A model generated the notes under the pieces. That model was given only the letters and a program-made list of their open reading frames with translations, did no database searches and was not told the origin of the DNA. The position numbers and the translations under genes were made by a program. Below, piece by piece: positions 58,416 to 64,000 of a stretch of DNA of 64,000 bases (the stretch's first letter is position 1; each line of letters starts with the position of its first letter). Source of the DNA: an uncultured Gammaproteobacteria bacterium (GTDB lineage: Bacteria; Patescibacteriota; Patescibacteriia; UBA11705; JABHMO01); NCBI GenBank assembly GCA_964590105.1, contig CAZPYM010000001.1, positions 236,746-300,745 of the forward strand. Reading direction: 5' to 3'.

Positions 58416-60323
58416 ATGAATCGTGAAAAGATAAAACAACTTATATTTAAGCAAATCCTTCGCTCTACACAAATAAAAAAAGTTTTGTTTTTTTTAATTC
58501 TCGACATCCTAATCATAATTGCAGCACTTTACTTTTCATTTTTATTGCGCTTTGACTTTGATGCTTCAAATGATTACTTTCGTTTTATTAAACCGGCATT
58601 GCCTTTTTTTATATTAATAAAATTGCTTTGTTTTTTAACACTGAAATTGTATAGATTAAGCTGGCGATTTGTAAGCTTCAAAGATCTTCTTAATATTATC
58701 AAAGCAGTCTTCACCTCTAGTCTAATATTAATGCTTATCCTCTACTTTCTACGACTTTCAATTTTTGAAGGCTTCCCTCGCGGAATTTTAATTATTGACG
58801 CTCTAATTACTCTCTTGCTTATGGCCCTCCTAAGAATCTCCAAAAGATTCTTTTTAGAAGCAATCCGAGGAACCTATGGTCAAAAAGGGAGGCGAACAAT
58901 AATAATCGGCGGTGGAAATACAGGAGAGATGATTCTACGGGATATTCAAAAATCTTATTTAAATAAATACAACCCCGTAGCTATTCTCGACGACGATTCT
59001 AACTTAACAAAAACATACTTACATGGAATAAAAATAATCGAAGGAATCTGCGCATTAGACGCTGTAATCAAAAGTTATCGCGCTGAAGTTGTAATAATCG
59101 CAATTCCATCGCTTAGACACGGCAAACTAAGGGAGATTCACAAAACATCAAAGGAAGCAGGCATCAAAGAAATTAAAATTGTCCCTCAACTTTATAATAC
59201 CGTTAAACCCGAAATTCATGTTAAAACTCTCGATGACTTAAAAATAGAAGATTTAATTGGCCGCCAGGTAGTAAAAATTGATTATAACGAAATTGGCAAG
59301 GACATCATCGACAAAACAGTGATGATCACTGGCGCCGCAGGCTCAATTGGTTTTGAATTAACAAAACAAATCTGCAACTTTAATCCAAAAAAAATTATTC
59401 TTTTTGAAATCGATGAAACTGAACTTTTTAATGCTCAAATGTTTCTTAGAAGACGATTTCCAGAGCTTCAAGAAAATACAAAATATATTGTAGGCGATAT
59501 TTATGACACCAGGCGAACAAGAAAGATTTTTCAAAAATACAAGCCTGAAATCGTTTTCCATGCAGCAGCATATAAACATGTGCCAATGATGGAGCACAAT
59601 GCATCCGAAGCAGTAAAAATTAATATACTTGGGACAAACAACCTAGCAAAAAATGCATGTGAATTTGGAGGAAAAAAATTCATTATGATTTCAACTGATA
59701 AAGCCGTAAGGCCTACAAGCATAATGGGAGCGACCAAAAGAGTTGCGGAATTTATATGCCAGACTCGAAACAGTCTAGGAATGACAGAATTTATATCTGT
59801 TAGATTTGGCAATGTGTTAGGAAGTAGAGGAAGCGTGCTGCCATTGTTTTTGGATCAAATTAAACACGGCGGTCCGCTAACGGTAACGCACAAGGATATA
59901 AAAAGATACTTCATGACAATTCCTGAAGCAGTATCATTGGTTTTACAAGCGAGTACGATCGGCAGGGGCAGTGATATAATGGTCCTAGATATGGGTAAGC
60001 CAATAAAAATCATTGACCTCGCAGAAGAATTATTAAGAATAAACGGACTTAGACCTTATCAAGATATTGACATTAAGTTTACCGGATTGCGGCCTGGCGA
60101 AAAAATGTTTGAAGAGATTCTAACTGCCGAAGAAGGAACTAAAGCGACAAGACATGAACAAATCTTTATAGCGAACAATAAAAAGATTCACACCATTGAA
60201 GAAATTGAAAAAATTATCGCTCAATTCCAAGCCTGCATAGAATCAACCTCAGCAGAGCCACACTTAATTAAAGGGCTACTAAAACAACATGTTCCATGGT
60301 ATGAAAACCAGACTAAAACCTGA
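58416..60323 (+). CDS. capD: Membrane-anchored UDP-GlcNAc 4,6-dehydratase (CapD/PglF/WbpM family)
   Basis: N-terminal TM helices. 'VMITGAAGSIGFEL' Rossmann fold, 'YKHVPMMEHN' and 'MISTDKAVRPTSIMGATK' motifs. Confidence 0.8.
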   Translation: MNREKIKQLIFKQILRSTQIKKVLFFLILDILIIIAALYFSFLLRFDFDASNDYFRFIKPALPFFILIKLLCFLTLKLYRLSWRFVSFKDLLNIIKAVFTSSLILMLILYFLRLSIFEGFPRGILIIDALITLLLMALLRISKRFFLEAIRGTYGQKGRRTIIIGGGNTGEMILRDIQKSYLNKYNPVAILDDDSNLTKTYLHGIKIIEGICALDAVIKSYRAEVVIIAIPSLRHGKLREIHKTSKEAGIKEIKIVPQLYNTVKPEIHVKTLDDLKIEDLIGRQVVKIDYNEIGKDIIDKTVMITGAAGSIGFELTKQICNFNPKKIILFEIDETELFNAQMFLRRRFPELQENTKYIVGDIYDTRRTRKIFQKYKPEIVFHAAAYKHVPMMEHNASEAVKINILGTNNLAKNACEFGGKKFIMISTDKAVRPTSIMGATKRVAEFICQTRNSLGMTEFISVRFGNVLGSRGSVLPLFLDQIKHGGPLTVTHKDIKRYFMTIPEAVSLVLQASTIGRGSDIMVLDMGKPIKIIDLAEELLRINGLRPYQDIDIKFTGLRPGEKMFEEILTAEEGTKATRHEQIFIANNKKIHTIEEIEKIIAQFQACIESTSAEPHLIKGLLKQHVPWYENQTKT

Positions 60324-60334
60324 ACTAAACCTAA

Positions 60335-61066
60335 ATGCTTGCATTTAAAATATTTCAAAATTTAATTTCTCCGACCATTTTTATTTCTATTGTTATTTTA
60401 ATTGGTCTAATCTTATATATCAAGTTAAAGAAAAAAAGGGCCGGAGAAATACTAATTCTTATTGGATTCATCTTATTTTATTTATTTTCTATAAAACCAA
60501 TAAGTGATTTAATAATATGGCCATTAGAAAAACAATACCAACAAATAAATGAAAATCAAATAAACCAAGCTAATACAATTGTTCTTTTAAGAGGCGGCAG
60601 AGAGGCTGATATTTTAAGGAGTGGCGAAGCCGTGCGCTTATATACTATAGGGTCAAGACAACAAGCTAAAAAATATTCTATTATAATCTCTGGGACAGAT
60701 CCATTGCCAAAAGGCTTATCAAATTCAGCAAAAGAATTATCTAAAATCGTTGAAGACTGGGGCATACCAGCAGAAAATATTTTAATTGATGATCAATCCA
60801 GAAACACCCTTGAAAGCGCATTGAACATAAAAAAATTAGTTGACAATCGGCCCTTTTTTTTGGTAACATCATCATATCATTTACCGCGATCAATGTTAGT
60901 CTTTAAAATACTTGGGACAAATCCAATTCCCGCTCCAGCAGACTTCAAAATTAATAAAGCCTATGATTTATTCAGTTTCTTCCCCAGTCCGGGCAATCTT
61001 GAGAAAGTTGATTTATCTGTTCACGAATACCTCGGATATTTATATTACAAATTTAAATTACTATAA
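60335..61066 (+). CDS. DUF218 (YdcF/ElyC/SanA-like) envelope biogenesis protein
   Basis: N-terminal TM helix and 'FFLVTSSYHLPRS' motif. Confidence 0.6.
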   Translation: MLAFKIFQNLISPTIFISIVILIGLILYIKLKKKRAGEILILIGFILFYLFSIKPISDLIIWPLEKQYQQINENQINQANTIVLLRGGREADILRSGEAVRLYTIGSRQQAKKYSIIISGTDPLPKGLSNSAKELSKIVEDWGIPAENILIDDQSRNTLESALNIKKLVDNRPFFLVTSSYHLPRSMLVFKILGTNPIPAPADFKINKAYDLFSFFPSPGNLEKVDLSVHEYLGYLYYKFKLL

Positions 61067-61072
61067 AAACTT

Positions 61073-62098
61073 ATGCCAGATCAACAACCATGGGACAAAG
61101 AACGGCCGTTCAACCAACAGCAAACAGATGAAATTAATTTGATTGAATATATATTAATTCTATGGAAGAGAAAATGGTCAATGATTGTTATTTTTTCATT
61201 TATTATCATCATTGCAGTTGTTGTAAGTCTTTTAATTACGCCAACTTTTGAAAGTGAAGCTTTAATTCAAATCGGAACATATCAGAATAATCCGATTGAA
61301 TCAACAAATGACTTAAACGCTGTAATGTACAGCGAACCAATACTTGAACAATTAAATAAAATACTTGGCTTAAATAGCGTTCCAGCAATATTAACTGGTG
61401 TTTTTGACATTACGCAAAAAAAATCAGATGAAAAAGACGGAGTAAGCAATTATTTGCAAATCAAAGGCCGCGGAGAAACTCCTGAAAAAGCCAAAACCGT
61501 AGTTGTGGCGGTCCGCGAATTAATCATAGCAAGACATAACAAGCTATTTGATGAAGCCCTCAACAAGTTTAACTTGGAAGTTGAACTTATAAAACGAGAT
61601 CAGCAATTAACTGAAACTACAGTCAAGCAAAAAGAACTGGCACTTGCACGAACAGAAAAAGATATTAATTATTACGAAGGAGAAATACAAAAACGCGCTG
61701 ACGCTGATTCAGAAGGACAGGGCAGAATAGTAGAAAGTTATATTAACTTATTGGCAACCGCAAAAACGCAAAAAGAAACCAGAGTAATCGAAATTGAAAA
61801 TTTAAAACAAGAGCTCGAAAATTTTGACTTCAAATTTCAAGAAAAAGCATTTGAACGAAAATATCAAACCAAACCGACTACCGTTGAAATCAGCGCCAGT
61901 CTGCCGCAAACAAAAATCGCGCCGGACAGAAGAAAAAATGTAATAATTTCTGCCGTGCTCGCCGCTTTCCTGGCGGTTTTATATGCTTTTGCCGCTGAAT
62001 TCGTCAGCCAGCACAAATCAGAATTCAAGAATAGCAAAAAGAAAGAAGATGAAATTCATGACCAGCCCACCCCTCCGACCATTTGCAATTTTACTTAG
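61073..62098 (+). CDS. wzz: Wzz-like polysaccharide chain-length determinant (PCP) protein
   Basis: Two TM helices (N- and C-terminal) flank a long coiled-coil periplasmic domain. The N-terminal pattern is typical of Wzz. Confidence 0.55.
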   Translation: MPDQQPWDKERPFNQQQTDEINLIEYILILWKRKWSMIVIFSFIIIIAVVVSLLITPTFESEALIQIGTYQNNPIESTNDLNAVMYSEPILEQLNKILGLNSVPAILTGVFDITQKKSDEKDGVSNYLQIKGRGETPEKAKTVVVAVRELIIARHNKLFDEALNKFNLEVELIKRDQQLTETTVKQKELALARTEKDINYYEGEIQKRADADSEGQGRIVESYINLLATAKTQKETRVIEIENLKQELENFDFKFQEKAFERKYQTKPTTVEISASLPQTKIAPDRRKNVIISAVLAAFLAVLYAFAAEFVSQHKSEFKNSKKKEDEIHDQPTPPTICNFT

Positions 62099-62114
62099 TA
62101 GACAAATATAAAAG

Positions 62115-62150
62115 AAGCGTCCCGCCTTGGCGGTGCGCTTCTTTTATTTA
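62115..62150 (+). terminator. Intrinsic terminator ending the glycan locus
   Basis: GAAGCG..CGCC / GGCGG..CGCTTC imperfect hairpin followed by TTTTATTT. Confidence 0.6.
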
Positions 62151-62267
62151 TCCACAGGGTTGCAATAAACAATAGAACAAAAAAATGGTATAATAAAATT
62201 GAAGAATAATAAACGTCTTCACCTAAATTTATAAAAGTGAAGGCAAAGCAACATTGGATATTGGCGG

Positions 62268-62308
62268 ATTAATCTATCTTGGGCCCAATCTTAAGAATAT
62301 AGATTAAT
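62268..62308. promoter_or_regulatory. 10-bp perfect inverted repeat ATTAATCTAT-N21-ATAGATTAAT with nested TTGGGCCCAA palindrome (operator-like)
   Basis: Exact arms at 62268-62277 and 62299-62308, about 70 nt upstream of the surface-protein gene. Confidence 0.4.
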
Positions 62309-62379
62309 TCATCTGTCCATAGCCAGGAAAAAAGGTCGGATGGCTAAAAGATGTTGAAAAAAAATGAAAGGATAATAAC

Positions 62380-63519
62380 ATGACTGAAAAAATTAAATCA
62401 TTGTTCAGGGACAAAAACAAACTGAGCAAAATCTTGTTTGTAGCTGTTTTGGTGTGCACGGTTGTTTTCATGTCTGATCTCACGGCCTTGGCCACGCAAA
62501 ATAGTGGCAATGGTTATGGCTATGGAGCAGGCGACTATGCGTATGGTTATGGCTATTGGACAGAATCAGGACCGACATTAGCGATGAAATACAATGGCTG
62601 TACAGCGAGCTGTTCAATCAGCGAGACTACAGCCGTAACTATCACCGCCACTTTTAGTTCTGCGCCATCAGGAACGCCTGATGTAAAGATTGTTGAAGGA
62701 TCCACAACCACGCAAGCGTTTACTGCCATGACCGGAACAGGAACAACATGGACTTATGCTTATACCACCGGATCAGTTTCAGCAAGCACAACCGCGACTG
62801 TAAGCGTCAGAACACTTGCCGGCACAGGTTACACACCAACAGCAACTAACGGCACATTCACTGTTACTGACTCAGCGGCGGCAGTTGGCGGAGGCGGAAC
62901 CGGAAGCGGAGCGACCGCTACCCCAGTAACTGTGGTAGCCCCGACTGAAACAACAACAACTACGACAACACTAACACCAACAGAAATTGCTCTAGTCGTT
63001 CCTGTGAAACCAGCAGTAATCAACTTGGATGCTGAAAAAGAAGGTTTGGCAAAGTTTATAGAAATCACAAATGCTCTGCCGACAACTGAAGCCAACTGGC
63101 AAGTTGTAAACTTTATAGCTTATGGTACCGATGCTTCGTCAAAAATGTCAGTACGCGACAGAAAAGGCGTAATCGGAGATTACTTTGAAGTATATGGCCG
63201 AGTGCCAAGTTCTGACAGTGACTGGGAAGATATTTCATTGATCCTGACCAGCCACAAACCACACCAAAGAAAACTGGCTGCTGAAAAACAAGCATTAGTC
63301 GACTTTATCAAGGTTTACAAGAGATTGCCTGATTTCAAAAACATTAATGATGAATGGGCTGTGTACTACATTGCCTATAATATCAGAAATGTTGTCAGGA
63401 ATCTGAACAGTGAGAGAGCTGCCATCGGCACATTCAAGAGTGTTTACAAGTATCTGCCTAGCACCTCGCACCAGTGGTCAATCATGAGAGCAATTGGATA
63501 CACCGGAGCAAAAAGATAG
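62380..63519 (+). CDS. Secreted Thr-rich cell-surface protein with two C-terminal ~75-aa tandem repeats
   Basis: Signal/TM 'ILFVAVLVCTVVFMS'. Thr/Ser/Gly-rich middle region. Repeats 'EKEGLAKFIEITNALP...' and 'EKQALVDFIKVYKRLP...'. Confidence 0.5.
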   Translation: MTEKIKSLFRDKNKLSKILFVAVLVCTVVFMSDLTALATQNSGNGYGYGAGDYAYGYGYWTESGPTLAMKYNGCTASCSISETTAVTITATFSSAPSGTPDVKIVEGSTTTQAFTAMTGTGTTWTYAYTTGSVSASTTATVSVRTLAGTGYTPTATNGTFTVTDSAAAVGGGGTGSGATATPVTVVAPTETTTTTTTLTPTEIALVVPVKPAVINLDAEKEGLAKFIEITNALPTTEANWQVVNFIAYGTDASSKMSVRDRKGVIGDYFEVYGRVPSSDSDWEDISLILTSHKPHQRKLAAEKQALVDFIKVYKRLPDFKNINDEWAVYYIAYNIRNVVRNLNSERAAIGTFKSVYKYLPSTSHQWSIMRAIGYTGAKR

Positions 63520-63545
63520 TACATTTAGAAACGTTAGTATAGAGA

Positions 63546-63580
63546 GGAGACAGCATAGACTGTCTCCTTTTGTTTTTTAG
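63546..63580 (+). terminator. Intrinsic terminator GGAGACAG-loop-CTGTCTCC + TTTTGTTTTTT
   Basis: 8-bp perfect stem and T-run after the surface-protein gene. Confidence 0.75.
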
Positions 63581-63701
63581 AAAAAACACTGCTCCTAATA
63601 TAAAGTTTCAGGTTCTTGAAAATATATTTTTAAAAAAAGAAAAGAGCGCTGGTTCATTGAACCAAGCGCTCTTTGTTGTCTCACATTAACATGAGGACCC
63701 T

Positions 63702-64000
63702 TTATTCTGTTGGAATATTGCCAAACGGATAGAAACACAGTCCTTCTTCAGTACACCAAGCAGAAGGCTCTGGACAATCCGCGTCGACCTCACACCCAAT
63801 CGGTTCAGCACAGCCATTCATTGCGATTTTACCCAAATCATCAAAAATCCAGCTTTGGGTACATCGATTAAGGTACGGGTCACACACTTCTGCATCATAA
63901 GTAACGACCCCTCCAATAAACCAATCGCAGTACGGATCAAGGTCAACACAATCCGCATCAACCTCGCATGGAATGCAATTTCCGACCGGCGTATGCTGAC
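63702..64000 (-). CDS. Cys-rich repeat protein (partial, continues beyond window end)
   Basis: Repeated 'C(E/D)VDADC...P..C' units occur at both protein and DNA level. A terminator on the minus strand lies at about 63638-63672. The window truncates the N-terminus. Confidence 0.35.
   Translation of the reverse strand, partial: QHTPVGNCIPCEVDADCVDLDPYCDWFIGGVVTYDAEVCDPYLNRCTQSWIFDDLGKIAMNGCAEPIGCEVDADCPEPSAWCTEEGLCFYPFGNIPTE

Noticed and set aside
1972-63295. Numerous 60-125-aa ORFs in the six-frame track lying antisense or out of frame within large conserved genes (e.g. 1972-2208-, 3037-3240-, 5146-5484+, 9434-9931-, 27313-27663+, 32551-32904+, 53217-53480-)
   Set aside because: They sit inside confidently assigned CDSs on the other strand or frame, lack SD sequences and have low-complexity translations.

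Overview
This is an AT-rich bacterial chromosome segment, roughly 30-35% GC by eye, with interspersed GC-rich genes near 50-57% GC. It is gene-dense and mostly + strand. No integrase, transposase or CRISPR array was seen.

Left third (1-16 kb): a histidine-themed amino-acid locus.
- A consensus promoter drives a His-codon-rich 15-aa leader ORF, then an intrinsic terminator, then tRNA-His(GUG) and an archaeal/eukaryal-type hisS.
- A histidine ammonia-lyase-family MIO enzyme follows hisS.
- A divergently transcribed M20 peptidase sits beside a DapF-like two-cysteine racemase fused to a GNAT acetyltransferase.
- Downstream are an enolase-superfamily racemase/epimerase, a second divergent GC-rich hisS followed by a second tRNA-His(GUG) that lacks an encoded G-1, and then HAD, LOG-like, PRTase-like, GNAT, M20 and GNAT genes.

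Middle (16-30 kb): housekeeping genes and a few oddities.
- Housekeeping: tRNA-Thr-rpmG, a GT-C-like membrane protein, UDP-xylose synthase, GT2 and GT4 enzymes, pcm, a stand-alone LigD-type phosphoesterase, tRNA-Trp, apt and MTA phosphorylase.
- A GC-rich orphan ORF sits just after rpmG.
- A four-helix-bundle (23S-IVS-type) gene carries an in-frame TAG and is flanked by inverted repeats.

Right half (30-62 kb): one co-directional cell-surface glycan locus of about 32 kb.
- It encodes ugd, gmd-fcl, a Wzx flippase, a DegT aminotransferase, several methyltransferases and polytopic membrane proteins, two CgeB-like proteins, a pyruvyl transferase with its FrhB-like partner, GT4 and GT2 enzymes, WecA, CapD, DUF218 and Wzz.
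- Two fusions are unusual: a WecB 2-epimerase fused to an SDR reductase, and an SDR fused to an FdtA-like cupin.
- After the locus come a Thr-rich secreted repeat protein and a partial Cys-rich repeat protein at the window end.

The most notable points are the duplicated, divergent HisRS/tRNA-His pairs with the apparent His attenuator, and the racemase-GNAT / enolase / M20 module.
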